From Euglena gracilis (Eukaryota), in assembly GCA_039621445.1 (NCBI GenBank), contig CP154954.1:4578714-4642713 (forward strand): a stretch of DNA of 64,000 nt. The letters run 5' to 3'. The notes beneath the pieces are model-generated. The model was not told where the DNA came from. It saw only the letters and a program-made list of their open reading frames with translations, and searched no databases. The position numbers and the translations under genes were made by a program. Below, piece after piece: positions 40,426 to 53,590 of the stretch. Positions within the stretch are counted from its first letter, which is position 1. Every line of letters begins with the position of its first letter.

Positions 40426-43033
40426 CGGAAAAAATTATTTTTCACGGAAAAACATTATTGTTCAAGTGAAATGAAGTGTTTGTTGGTCATCATAATGCTA
40501 GGAACCCAAAGGGGGCATTAATCGTTCGGTAATCGTTCGCCACTGTCACTGATCCATCACAACTTGGAAGCTTTCAAGCCGCCCGAAGGGCAGCTAAACG
40601 GTAGCCATTTTTACATTATGCCACCAATCCATCACAATTTGGAAGAGCCGCCCAACAACGGTGACGTCTTTTTGTGTCAGAACAAAAAAATATATTGCGG
40701 CTGACAGTAATCCAAAAACCTTCCTCAAAAAGAGCCAAACTTGTCAACAAAAACTGTGTGCTCTTGAAGAAAAAAAAGTGCTTTGGAGATGCATGTTTTC
40801 CTGTTGCCGAGATTTTCGCCTCTTCCGAGCCATGAGTTCACGACGTCTTTGCCTACCCTAAGGGCGGCGAGACGGTAGCGATGTCCAACAGCAAAACACC
40901 CAAAAGTACAATGAAAAGTTGAGTTCTCAGAGTGAGAAATTGAAAAAAGCACAAACAATGTGATGGGTGAATCACACACTTTTCAAAAATTTTCTTCCCA
41001 AAATCTCGGGGGGGGGGGGGCGGGCTCCCCCCCGCCCCCCCCCCCCCCCCCGCCCCGGGGGGTCGGCACGCCGTGGCGAGCCGTCTGGCTAGGGGGGGGG
41101 GGGTTGGCGTGGCGAGGGGGTCCCGGATGGGGGGGGGGGAGGGGTGCACGGGGGTTTTCCAAGAAAATTTTCTTTGGCGCGGCTGACATGGCGTTCGGTG
41201 AGGGGGGGGGGGAGGGGTGTGCCGACCCCCCCCCCCGACCCCCCACTTCTACCCCTATGGGGGGGGGTTGTTTGGGGGGGGGGGGGAGGGTCGGTCCCGG
41301 CCAAAGGGCCGGTCGAAGGCTGGCCAGGGGAGCGTCTTATATGGGGGGGTCTTATATGGGGGGGGGGGCATGGTAAATTGTCTTTGTGGCTCACTTTGGC
41401 GACCTTTCGTGACCGTGGGCCGACCCTAGGGTCGGCCCACTACCCCCCCCCCCCCAGGCCAGATCCTGGAACCGGGGGGGGGGGGAGGTCGTGGGGTGGG
41501 CCGACTCTAAGTCGACCCTACGGTCGGCCCACGACCCTAAGACGACCCGAAGCCGGCGACCCTAGGGTCGGCCCACTAGGGGGTCTCCCGGACGCCACCT
41601 TGGGCGACATTTGGCGACCTTTGGCGACCGTGGGCCGACCCTAGGGTCGGCCCACTAGCCCCCCCCCCCAGGCCAGATCTACCCCCCGCTCTGGACGGTG
41701 AAGATGGAGGAGGGATGAAACAGTTGGCGATGGTGAGGCCGACTGTGGGCTGGTGCTAGGTGAGGAGGGAGCACTGACACGGCGGGGGCAACTCGGGGAA
41801 GGGAAGTGGGAATGGCCGGCAGTGGGGGCTCCCGGATCTGGCCTGGGGGGGGGGGGTAGTGGGGGTCGACCATGGTCGGCCCACGGGCGCCTCGGTCGCC
41901 CTCGGTCGCTCTCGGTCGGGGGGGGAGGGGGAGCGGGGGGGGGGCGACCGAGGCGACCCTGGGGGTCGACCGAGGGCGACCATGGTCGACCCCCACCCCA
42001 CGACGGGAAACCCCCCCCTTTTTAGGGGCGACCATGGTCGACCCCCACCCCACGACGGGAAACCCCCCCTTTTCAAGGGCGACCATGGTCGACCCCCACC
42101 CCACGACGGGAAACCCCCCCCTTTTGAAGGGCGACCATGGTTGTGTTGCCCACCCGTTTTGGGGGCAAATCCCTTTTGTTGCCCAACTGTCCGAGGGCCC
42201 CAAAATAAATAAATCCCTTGTGTTGCCCACCCGTTTTGGGGGGCAAATCCCTTGCGTTGCCCAACTGTCCGAGGGCCCCAAAATAACTAAATCCCTTGTG
42301 TTACCCACCCGTTTTGGGGGGCAAATCCCTTTTGTTGCCCAACTGTCCGAGGGCCCCAAAATAACTAAATCCCTTGTGTTACCCACCCGTTTGGGGGGCA
42401 AATCCCTTTTGTTGCCCAACTGTCCGAGGGCCCCAAAATAACAAAATCCCTTGTGTTACCCACCCGTTTTAGGGGGCAAATCCCTTTTGTTGCCCAACTG
42501 TCCGAGGGCCCAAAAATAACAAAATCCCTTGTGTTACCCACCCGTTTTAGGGGGCAAATCCCTTTTGTTGCCCAACTGTCCGAGGGCCCCAAAATAACTA
42601 AATCCCTTGTGTTACCCACCCGTTTTGGGGGGCAAATCCCTTTTGTTGCCCAACTGTCCGAGGGCCCCAAAATAACTGAATCCCTTGTGTTACCCACCCG
42701 TTTGGGGGGCAAATCCCTTGCGTTGCCCAACTGTCCGAGGGCCCCAAAATAACAAAATCCCTTGTGTTACCCACCCGTTTTAGGGGGCAAATCCCTTTTG
42801 TTGCCCAACTGTCCGAGGGCCCCAAAATAACAAAATCCCTTGTGTGTTGCCCACCCGTTTTAGGGGGCAAATCCCTTTTTTTGCCCAACTGTCCGAGGGC
42901 CCCAAAATAACAAAATCCCTTGTGTTACACACCCGCTTTGGGGGGCAAATCCCTTGCGTTGCCCAACTGATTTGGGGGGCAAATCCCTTTTGTTGCCCAA
43001 CTGTCCGAGGGCCCCAAAATAACAAAATCCCTT

Positions 43034-44382
43034 GGGGGCGTTTGGCCGGACCAACCTAGCCGGCCGGCAGACCAACCTAGCCGGCTGGCAGACCAACCTA
43101 GCCGACCAACATACCGGCTGTCAAGCCGTCCGTCCAGATGAAAGCCACTGTCGCTAGCCGCCTGGCTATCCAGACCAATCAGTTCGCACGCCGCACGCAG
43201 TGATGGCCGGATAAGAAGTCAGTGTTTTCACCGGAGGGTGACCACGTTCGTCCGGGCCGAAGGTCGCACAGGTGATGTTCGGACCGAAAATACGTCCGGA
43301 CAAGGCGACCCGGCCCCAAAAAAACTTGCGGCCCTTGGTTCCCTTCCTTGAAAAAATATCGCCAATAAAACTGGCCCAAAACCTGGCCACTCATCGGTTC
43401 CAAAAATGGCCACCACAAACCCTCCAAAACTGACCCATTTGCCAAACTCAGAAACTGCACCTCCCCAATTTTTTTAGCTTTCATGTGCAAAGTGGACTTG
43501 TTCCACAGCAAAAAAAACACTGTGAGAAACAAAAAAAAACAAGTTTCAGAAGAAAACAAGCATCTCATGATAAAACGTTTCTGGTCAAAATCTGGCACCA
43601 TCTGGCCCAAAACTGGCCACCACATCTGGCCCAAAACTGGCCAACACATGTGGTCCAAAAACTGGCCACCACATCTGGCCCAAAACTGGCCAACACATGT
43701 GGTCCAAAAACTGGCCACCATCTGGCCCAAAAATCGCCAAAATCTTCGGAATCTTCAAAATCCCTTCACATTTGGCACATTGGCACAAAAAGTTCCTCGG
43801 TTTCCTTTATTCTGCGGCTATTTTGTAAACAGAAACAAAAAGAAAAGGCAAGAAACCAAACACAGTTCACAGAAACAGACCGACTTAAAGTCAGTTCTGC
43901 AGCAGTCAGCAGCATAAGGCCAAATAAGCCCCAGCACTAAGGCTAGAGGCATTGTCCACCAGGGAACGTATACATACTCTTGCACCAGCATTGTCCACCA
44001 GGGAACATACCCTTGCAAATAGTCCTCCACTTCACCTTGGTCCTGTACTTCGACTTACAAGTTGTACTTAAACTTGAAACTTGACAAATTGTACTTGATA
44101 ATCCCAGCTTGTAACTAGAACCCCGCCAGGGGTCTCAGCCATGACATCGAAAAAAAACAAGCAGAAAAGATACAGTAATTAGGAATAAGTTCACTATCGC
44201 AATTTTGAGACCAACCTAGCCGTCCGTCCGTCCAGACCAAAATGGACCCTGTCCAGCCGTCCGTATGGTCCAGATGAAAGGAATTTTCTCTAATGCCCTC
44301 CGTTTCCGGCACCGTCCGAACCCCGGTGGTTCTTACTTGTTGCGGTATTCCCGTCCGTCCGTCCGTCCGTCCTCACGCCTCC
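43034..44382 (+). mobile_element. About 1.3-kb non-autonomous TIR element, copy 1
   Basis: GGGGGCGT...ACGCCTCC termini; TSD CTT inside the 78-bp satellite. Confidence 0.85.
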
Positions 44383-45580
44383 CTTGTGTTACCCACCCAT
44401 TTTAGGGGGCAAATCCCTTTTGTTGCCCAACTGTCCGAGGGCCCCAAAATAACTAAATCCCTTGTGTTACCCACCCGTTTTGGGGGGCAAATCCCTTGCG
44501 TTGCTCAACTTAATTGGGGACAAATCCCTTTTGTTGCCCAACTGTCCGAGGGCCCCAAAATAACAAAATCCCTTGTGTTACCCACCCATTTTAGGGGGCA
44601 AATCCCTTTTGTTGCCCAACTGTCCGAGGGCCCCAAAATAACTAAATCCCTTGTGTTACCCACCCGTTTTGGGGGGCAAATCACTTTTGTTGCCCAACTG
44701 TCTGAGGGCCCCAAAATAACTAAATCCCTTGTGTTACCCACCCGTTTTGGGGGGCAAATCCCTTTTGTTGCCCAACTGTCCGAGGGCCCCAAAATAACAA
44801 AATCCCTTGTGTTACCCACCCGGTTTGGGGGGCAAATCCCTTGCGTTGCCCAACTGATTTGGGGGGCAAATCTCTTTTGTTGCCCAACTGTCCGGGGGCC
44901 CCAAAATAACAAAATCCCTTGTGTTACCCACCCGTTTTGGGGGGCAAATCCCTTTTGTTGCCCAACTGTCCGAGGGCCCCAAAATAACAAAATCCCTTGT
45001 GTTACCCACCCGTTTTGGGGGGCAAATCCCTTTTGTTGCCCAACTGTCCGAGGGCCCCAAAATAACTAAATCCCTTGTGTTACCCACCCGTTTTGGGGGG
45101 CAAATCCCTTTTGTTGCCCAACTGTCCGAGGGCCCCAAAATAACAAAATCCCTTGTGTTACCCACCCGTTTTGGGGGGCAAATCCCTTGCGTTGCCCAAT
45201 TGTCCGAGGGCCCCAAAATCACAAAATCCCTTGTGTTACCCACCCGTTTTGGGGGGCAAATCCCTTGCGTTGCCCAACTGTCCGAGGGCCCCAAAATAAC
45301 AAAATCCCTTGTGTTACCCACCCGTTTTAGGGGGCAAATCCCTTTTGTTGCCCAACTGTCCGAGGGCCCCAAAATAACAAAATCCCTTGTGTGTTGCCCA
45401 CCCGTTTTAGGGGGCAAATCCCTTTTTTTGCCCAACTGTCCGAGGGCCCCAAAATAACAAAATCCCTTGTGTTACACACCCGCTTTGGGGGGCAAATCCC
45501 TTGCGTTGCCCAACTGATTTGGGGGGCAAATCCCTTTTGTTGCCCAACTGTCCGAGGGCCCCAAAATAACAAAATCCCTT

Positions 45581-46889
45581 GGGGGCGTTTGGCCGGACCA
45601 ACCTAGCCGGCCGGCAGACCAACCTAGCCGGCTGGCAGACCAACCTAGCCGACCAACATACCGGCTGTCAAGCCGTCCGTCCAGATGAAAGCCACTGTCG
45701 CTAGCCGCCTGGCTATCCAGACCAATCAGTTCGCACGCCGCACGCAGTGATGGCCGGATAAGAAGTCAGTGTTTTCACCGGAGGGTGACCACGTTCGTCC
45801 GGGCCGAAGGTCGCACAGGTGATGTTCGGACCGAAAATACGTCCGGACAAGGCGACCCGGCCCCAAAAAAACTTGCGGCCCTTGGTTCCCTTCCTTGAAA
45901 AAATATCGCCAATAAAACTGGCCCAAAACCTGGCCACTCATCGGTTCCAAAAATGGCCACCACAAACCCTCCAAAACTGACCCATTTGCCAAACTCAGAA
46001 ACTGCACCTCCCCAATTTTTTTAGCTTTCATGTGCAAAGTGGACTTGTTCCACAGCAAAAAAAACACTGTGAGAAACAAAAAAAAACAAGTTTCAGAAGA
46101 AAACAAGCATCTCATGATAAAACGTCAAAATCTGTGGTCAAAATCTGGCACCATCTGGCCCAAAACTGGCCACCACATCTGGCCCAAAACTGGCCAACAC
46201 ATGTGGTCCAAAAACTGGCCACCACATCTGGCCCAAAACTGGCCAACACATGTGGTCCAAAAACTGGCCACCATCTGGCCCAAAAATCGCCAAAATCTTC
46301 GGAATCTTCAAAATCCCTTCACATTTGGCACATTGGCACAAAAAGTTCCTCGGTTTCCTTTATTCTGCGGCTATTTTGTAAACAGAAACAAAAAGAAAAG
46401 GCAAGAAACCAAACACAGTTCACAGAAACAGACCGACTTAAAGTCAGTTCTGCAGCAGTCAGCAGCATAAGGCCAAATAAGCCCCAGCACTAAGGCTAGA
46501 GGCATTGTCCACCAGGGAACGTATACATACTCTTGCACCAGCATTGTCCACAAGGGAACATACCCTTGCAAATAGTCCTCCACTTCACCTTGGTCCTGTA
46601 CTTCGACTTACAAGTTGTACTTAAACTTGAAACTTGACAAATTGTACTTGATAATCCCAGCTTGTAACTAGAACCCCGCCAGGGGTCTCAGCCATGACAT
46701 CGAAAAAAAACAAGCAGAAAAGATACAGTAATTAGGAATAAGTTCACTATCGCAATTTTGAGACCAACCTAGCCGTCCGTCCGTCCAGACCAAAATGCAC
46801 CCTGTCCAGCCGTCCGTCCAGATGAAAGGAATTTTCTCTAGCCATCCGTCCGTCCGTCCGTCCGTCCGTCCGTCCGTCCTCACGCCTCC
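45581..46889 (+). mobile_element. 1309-bp TIR element, copy 2 (tandem duplication of copy 1, offset 2547)
   Basis: Near-identical sequence; same CTT TSD and satellite flanks as copy 1. Confidence 0.85.
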
Positions 46890-48614
46890 CTTGTGTTACC
46901 CACCCATTTTAGGGGGCAAATCCCTTTTGTTGCCCAACTGTCCGAGGGCCCCAAAATAACTAAATCCCTTGTGTTACCCACCCGTTTTGGGGGGCAAATC
47001 CCTTGCGTTGCTCAACTTAATTGGGGACAAATCCCTTTTGTTGCCCAACTGTCCGAGGGCCCCAAAATAACAAAATCCCTTGTGTTACCCACCCATTTTA
47101 GGGGGCAAATCCCTTTTGTTGCCCAACTGTCCGAGGGCCCCAAAATAACTAAATCCCTTGTGTTACCCACCCGTTTTGGGGGGCAAATCACTTTTGTTGC
47201 CCAACTGTCTGAGGGCCCCAAAATAACTAAATCCCTTGTGTTACCCACCCGTTTTGGGGGGCAAATCCCTTTTGTTGCCCAACTGTCCGAGGGCCCCAAA
47301 ATAACAAAATCCCTTGTGTTACCCACCCGGTTTGGGGGGCAAATCCCTTGCGTTGCCCAACTGATTTGGGGGGCAAATCTCTTTTGTTGCCCAACTGTCC
47401 GGGGGCCCCAAAATAACAAAATCCCTTGTGTTACCCACCCGTTTTGGGGGGCAAATCCCTTTTGTTGCCCAACTGTCCGAGGGCCCCAAAATAACAAAAT
47501 CCCTTGTGTTACCCACCCGTTTTGGGGGGCAAATCCCTTTTTGTTGCCCAACTGTCCGAGGGCCCCAAAATAACTAAATCCCTTGTGTTACCCACCCGTT
47601 TTGGGGGGCAAATCCCTTTTGTTGCCCAACTGTCCGAGGGCCCCAAAATAACAAAATCCCTTGTGTTACCCACCCGTTTTGGGGGGCAAATCCCTTGCGT
47701 TGCCCAATTGTCCGAGGGCCCCAAAATCACAAAATCCCTTGTGTTACCCACCCGTTTTGGGGGGCATGTCGTGGGGTGGGGTCGACCATGGTCGCCCTTC
47801 AAAAGGGGGGGTTTCCTGTCGTGGGGTGGGGGTCGACCATGGTCGCCCTTCAAAAGGGGGGGTTTCCCGTCGTGGGGTGGGGGTCGACCATGGTCGCCCT
47901 TCAAAAGGGGGGGGTTTCCCGTCGTGGGGTGGGGGTCGACCATGGTCGCCCCTAAAAAGGGGGGGGTTTCCCGTCGTGGGGTGGGGGTCGACCATGGTCG
48001 CCCCTAAAAAGGGGGGGGTTTCCCGTCGTGGGGTGGGGGTCGACCATGGTCGCCCTCGGTCGACCCCCACGACCGAATACGGCTTGGCCTCGGTCGACCC
48101 CCACGACCGAGAGCGACCGAGGGCGACCGAGGGCGACCGTGGGCCGACCATGGTCGACCCCCACTACCCCCCCCCCCCCAGGATGTAGCTACCCCTAGGC
48201 AGTGGGGACTGCGGCAGCACCATGGGGAGGGACTGGCCCGCCCGGGCTCACCGAGGGAGAGATCCTTGGCGGCGTCTCCCTCGGATCACAGCCCTGCGCA
48301 AACGCCGATGACGTGTGGGCCAGCCTGCTTGTGCTTTGGGGGCGTCGGAGCGTCGGAGCTGCCCTCGGGGGGGGGGGGGAGCAGGGAGACTCACCCAGGC
48401 TCGCTGGGGGCGGGAGCCTTGGCGGCATCAGCCCCAGGTCATTGCCTTTGCTGCTCACACATGGGAGGCACAGGGGCATCCCCTTGTCCCTGGATGTTGG
48501 GGGGCATGGGCAGAATTGATGAAGTGGACTTGAGGTGGAAGGTCAGAGATCTGTGTTTTTTTTTCAAAAAGAAAATGCAGATGATGTCAAGCAAAACAAA
48601 CAATTCAGGGCATG

Positions 48615-48789
48615 GGAGATCAGGCGGTGACTTTGGGTTTTTCGGGCGGGACCCCCCCCCACCCCCCCCCTCTTCATTGGAAATACATGGCGGTGAACTT
48701 CACCGGTGAACTTCACCGGTGAAGTTTGTCCATTGAAATTCCTTTAGGGGCGAAGCCCCCAACCCCCCCCCCACCCCTGCCTAACCTCC
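48615..48789. mobile_element. GGAG-ended MITE (about 170 bp), copy 1
   Basis: GGAGATCAGGC...GCCTAACCTCC; TSD ATG. Confidence 0.8.
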
Positions 48790-49187
48790 ATGGGGGTTGG
48801 TTGAGGCGCGAAACTTGGTAAATGACAGCAGCGTAACTTTCCAACTTACCATGCCCCCCCCCTTACTGTTCACGTCCCGTGGCCCCCTTTTGGGTCCATG
48901 GGAACAGTAAGGGGGGGGAACAGTAAGGGGGGGGGACGAGCTCCCCCCCCTTACTGTTCCCATGGGCCATGAACCAACCAACCAAGTTAGAGCCAAAAGG
49001 CCACCTAAAATGCCAAAATGAAGCTTTTTTGGTTTACATGCTTGAAAATTGCACCTCCCACAACATCCATTTTGGCATTAGGTTGGATTTTGGTGGGATG
49101 GAAAGCGCCAAAAACCGACCAAAAAAAATCCTCCTTTTTGCCTTGTGTTCCAAGAATCCTTTACAAAAAGTGCTATGACACTGTACT

Positions 49188-50496
49188 GGAGGCGTGAGGA
49201 CGGACGGACGGACGGACGGACGGACGGACGGACGGCTAGAGAAAATTCCTTTCATCTGGACGGACGGCTGGACAGGGTGCATTTTGGTCTGGACGGACGG
49301 ACGGCTAGGTTGGTCTCAAAATCGCGATAGTGAACTTATTCCTAATTACTGTATCTTTTCTGCTTGTTTTTTTTCGATGTCATGGCTGAGACCCCTGGCG
49401 GGGTTCTAGTTACAAGCTGGGATTATCAAGTACAATTTGTCAAGTTTCAAGTTTAAGTACAACTTGTAAGTCGAAGTACAGGACCAAGGTGAAGTGGAGG
49501 ACTATTTGCAAGGGTATGTTCCCTTGTGGACAATGCTGGTGCAAGAGTATGTATACGTTCCCTGGTGGACAATGCCTCTAGCCTTAGTGCTGGGGCTTAT
49601 TTGGCCTTATGCTGCTGACTGCTGCAGAACTGACTTTAAGTCGGTCTGTTTCTGTGAACTGTGTTTGGTTTCTTGCCTTTTCTTTTTGTTTCTGTTTACA
49701 AAATAGCCGCAGAATAAAGGAAACCGAGGAACTTTTTGTGCCAATGTGCCAAATGTGAAGGGATTTTGAAGATTCCGAAGATTTTGGCGATTTTTGGGCC
49801 AGATGGTGGCCAGTTTTTGGACCACATGTGTTGGCCAGTTTTGGGCCAGATGTGGTGGCCAGTTTTTGGACCACATGTGTTGGCCAGTTTTGGGCCAGAT
49901 GTGGTGGCCAGTTTTGGGCCAGATGGTGCCAGATTTTGACCACAGATTTTGACGTTTTATCATGAGATGCTTGTTTTCTTCTGAAACTTGTTTTTTTTTG
50001 TTTCTCACAGTGTTTTTTTTGCTGTGGAACAAGTCCACTTTGCACACGAAAGCTAAAAAAATTGGGGAGGTGCAGTTTCTGAGTTTGGCAAATGGGTCAG
50101 TTTTGGAGGGTTTGTGGTGGCCATTTTTGGAACCGATGAGTGGCCAGGTTTTGGGCCAGTTTTATTGGCGATATTTTTTCAAGGAAGGGAACCAAGGGCC
50201 GCAAGTTTTTTTGGGGCCGGGTCGCCTTGTCCGGACGTATTTTCGGTCCGAACATCACCTGTGCGACCTTCGGCCCGGACGAACGTGGTCACCCTCCGGT
50301 GAAAACACTGACTTCTTATCCGGCCATCACTGCGTGCGGCGTGCGAACTGATTGGTCTGGATAGCCAGGCGGCTAGCGACAGTGGCTTTCATCTGGACGG
50401 ACGGCTTGACAGCCGGTATGTTGGTCGGCTAGGTTGGTCTGCCAGCCGGCTAGGTTGGTCTGCCGGCCGGCTAGGTTGGTCCGGCCAAACGCCCCC
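49188..50496 (-). mobile_element. 1309-bp TIR element, copy 3 (inverted, independent insertion)
   Basis: Near-identical reverse complement of copy 2; TSD ACT. Confidence 0.85.
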
Positions 50497-51091
50497 ACTG
50501 TTCCCGTCCCCCAATGGGAACAGTAAGGGGGGGAACAGTAAAGGGGGGGGGGTCATGGTTTTTAGGGCTAGGTTGGTCTCCCCAGCGGGATTTGAAGTGT
50601 TCGGGGGAGTAAGGCCATATACAGGGCTGGGGTTGTTCAATTCATGAAAACTGCTCTGAAAGACAGAGAAAATCTGTGAAACCTTTCATTCTCCGTTCAT
50701 GAAAGTCAGGAAACACCCTTAGTACGCAAATTCTAAATGTGAACCCTGGTAGGACCTAACTAGACAGCCAGCCGTAAAAACGGTGGTGGGGCGAACCGAA
50801 GCCATCCAGGCGCAGTGTGTGCAAGGAGTGAGGAGGAGGGTGGGTGGAGAAAAGGGTAGTACAAGTGAGAACGGGGGCAGAGAGCGCAACGTCCGGCCGA
50901 AGCCTCGGCCAGCACCGCGTGACGGAGCGCGAGGTGGGCGAGGGTGTAGGAAACCCAGAGGCACAGGGTCAAGCTTGTCACTTACCGAAGGCCATCTCAA
51001 AAGGCAGCAATGGTGTGACCCAGTTCCTTGGTTATGAGTAGAGCACCCAGTTGGGCGGCCACCCCAGAAAACAAGGCCAGCGACAGGCCCT

Positions 51092-51256
51092 GGAGATCAG
51101 GCGGTGAACTTTGGGGTTTTCGGGCGGGACCCCCCACCCCCCCCCCTCATTGGAAATACATGGACGAACTTCACCGGTGAACTTCACCGGTGAATTTCAC
51201 CAGTGAAGTTTCTCTATGAAATTCCTTTAGGGACGGAGCCCCCCTGCCTAACCTCC
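51092..51256. mobile_element. GGAG-ended MITE, copy 2
   Basis: Same termini and internal TTCACCGGTGAA palindromes; TSD CCT. Confidence 0.8.
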
Positions 51257-51730
51257 CCTGCTGCAAGGGTGATCAATTAATTGACTGTCGGGGGGGGGGG
51301 CAGTCAATTAAATAACTTGGGGCCTCTAGTTAACTAGTTGACTGTTCAAAAATGAAGGTTAGGCGCTCTCCCGGGCTTTAGGAACAAACAGTTCCATGGC
51401 TGCACCAGCCCCACATTATTGTGATGCTGACCTGTGAGCCACCATAGGCTCCCGCCTTTATATGCTCCTGCTTTGCGGCTCCCGTGTTGTTGTTTTTTTT
51501 TTTGGCCGGGGTTTTCTCTTCAGGCGGGTCCCCGGCAACTCTGGATGCTCCGAGAGTTATTTTTTTACAGGAGCTTTTTTTTTGAGATGCTCTTTGAGGA
51601 GCTTCTTTTGATGTTTTTTTTTAGGAGCTGAGGAGCTTTTTTTTTTTGCGGAGCTGCTTTTCATGAGTTTTTTTTTTTGAGAAGCTTGCTTTTCAAACGG
51701 AGATCACACCGAGAGGGACAACGTTCATTC

Positions 51731-51965
51731 TCACAAACACGAAGCATGGACAGACTTGTCACTCAGACTGTTGCCCATCGGGCTATGCAGGACCTTAAGA
51801 TGGCTGAAAGCCCTTTCCACAGCTGCTTCAGTTGGAGCAATAGACAGCACTCGCAAGGCAACCTGCGCCAGCTGTGGACAAGACACCACTCTCAGCTTCC
51901 AATATTGCTCCAGGTCAGTGTCCTCAGAAGTGGTGGGGAAGGGGGCTGCCTTCAGGGAGAAAAAA
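51731..51965 (-). pseudogene. hAT transposase C-terminal dimerisation domain relic
   Basis: LEQYWK..CPQLAQVALRVLSIAPTEAAVERAFSHLKVLHSPMGNSLS. Confidence 0.85.
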
Positions 51966-52695
51966 TACAACCAATAGTACAACGCATTGTTGTCCTGTTT
52001 CTTCAGTCCAAGTCACCGGTTTCCCGCCCGAACCGGTGTCTTGGATACTGGTTCGGGCGGGAAATTTTCCGCCCGAACCGGTGTCCAAGACACCGGTTGG
52101 GGCGTGAACCCAGGGCCTCCATACACGGTTTCAAAAGAGCAACCTACACCTTCCCCCATGGGGTTTGTAAGGGGGTGGTTCGGGACGCGGGGGGGGACGC
52201 GGGGGGGAACCGTGGCCCAACCACCCCCACACGTTTTCTTTGGTGTCACCTAAATTTGTATGTAATTTTCCTTTGGTCGACCAAAAAACGGGCCCGGCCA
52301 AAATCTGGGACGCGGGGGGGGGGGGGGGGGGGGGGGGGGGGTGGGGGGGGGGGGGGGGGGGCGGGGGGAACACCCCCTAAGAAAAATGGCCCGGCGTGCA
52401 CCACTCATCACGACAAGCACATTTGGATTTTGAATTGAAACTGAAAACAAAATTTCAAAACGGTTAAACAGGCTTCTTTTTTGACAACCGCCATGTGCCA
52501 AAGGAAGCCTGCCCGCAGCAAGCACCGGGGTTTCTTTTAAGACTAGGGCAGGGGTATGGGTTCGATATAAAAGGTCTGGAAAAGAAAAGGTCCCCTGCTT
52601 CCCCTTCCGGTCCAGCAGGACACTCCCCCCATACCTAAAGCCTGATTTTTGGCTCGGCGCAAACTCCGGGCCGAGAATTCTTGAACCCCCAGAAC

Positions 52696-53109
52696 CATAG
52701 TGAGCCGACCTGTTTTTTTTTTTTGACGTTGTTTTTTTTGTTGTTTTTTTTAATTTCTAACAAGGTTTTTTTAAAAAAAACGCCCACTGGGTTTTGCATG
52801 GAAAAATTTTTGAATGAACATTTTCAATCATTTTTGGCAACTTCTGGGTAATTTCTGCCAAAAACTTCCTTCCAAAAAAAAATGAAAAAAGTCATAAAAT
52901 TCCATTTTTGTTGCATTTTGGGATGTTTTTGACCATTTTTGGCAGTTTTTGACTGAGTAGGATTCAAAGTATGGTTTGGGAGTTTCACAGCGAGTTTTTT
53001 CAATGAAATTTTCCTTTTGCTTTTTTTGATGTTTTTTTTACTGTTTTTTTTAAAAAAAAACACGTTGTTTTGTTATTTTTTTAAAAAAACAAAAAAAATG
53101 CTCACTATG
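52696..53109 (-). mobile_element. P-element-like MITE
   Basis: CATAGTGAGC termini; perfect 8-bp TSD CCCAGAAC; inverted homolog at 33972-34390. Confidence 0.8.
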
Positions 53110-53435
53110 CCCAGAACAGTCAAAAATGTCATTTTGGGCACTTTTTGGGCAAAATTTGTCAAAAATGAAAAAAATTCGGCGCCAGAAAGAATATTTTTTA
53201 CCTTTTTGGGTGGATTCTTGGGCACCCCCCCCCCTTTGCAGGGGCGTGTCTGAGGGCAATGAAGGCCTTGCCGCGGAAATGGGCGGCGAGGTCGGCGGGG
53301 CTCAGCACCATTGGCCGGGGCCAGCGCAGCGGATGCGGTAACCCATAATAGACCCCTGCAACTTCGATGGGCAGGCTCCTCCTCGCCTGAGAATTGGGAC
53401 GCCACACTCCAGAGGACTAGGAAAATGCTGTTGAC

Positions 53436-53436
<1 letters not shown>

Positions 53437-53482
<46 letters not shown>
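53437..53482. repeat. (TG)n microsatellite
   Basis: Seen directly. Confidence 0.95.
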
Positions 53483-53483
<1 letters not shown>

Positions 53484-53590
53484 ATGTAATTCCCGCTCGG
53501 GCTTAAACGCGGCCATTTTACTTGCAGTGGCTGAACCCCCCACCCCCCCCGAAAATTCCCCCTGAAATCATCCCGATTTTGGCGGTTCTA

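Larger units (their letters stand above)
42143..47765 (+). repeat. 78-bp tandem repeat (34+44 bp subunits, each starting AAATCCCTT), interrupted by the 1.3-kb elements
   Basis: 26-codon periodicity in spurious ORFs; diverged arrays at about 35615-35795 and 37611-37960. Confidence 0.95.
41842..48182. mobile_element. Foldback-like element whose long inverted arms are built from approximately 42-bp repeats
   Basis: 41842-42140 is approximately the reverse complement of 47768-48182. Confidence 0.65.

Noticed and set aside
42143-47765. CRISPR-like array or 26-aa repeat protein
   Set aside because: Both subunits repeat with no unique spacers and no cas genes; the ORFs are by-products of a 78-bp unit.
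52315-52368. Poly-G tract as a specific G-quadruplex element
   Set aside because: G runs are ubiquitous in the MITEs of this window, and homopolymer lengths are unreliable.
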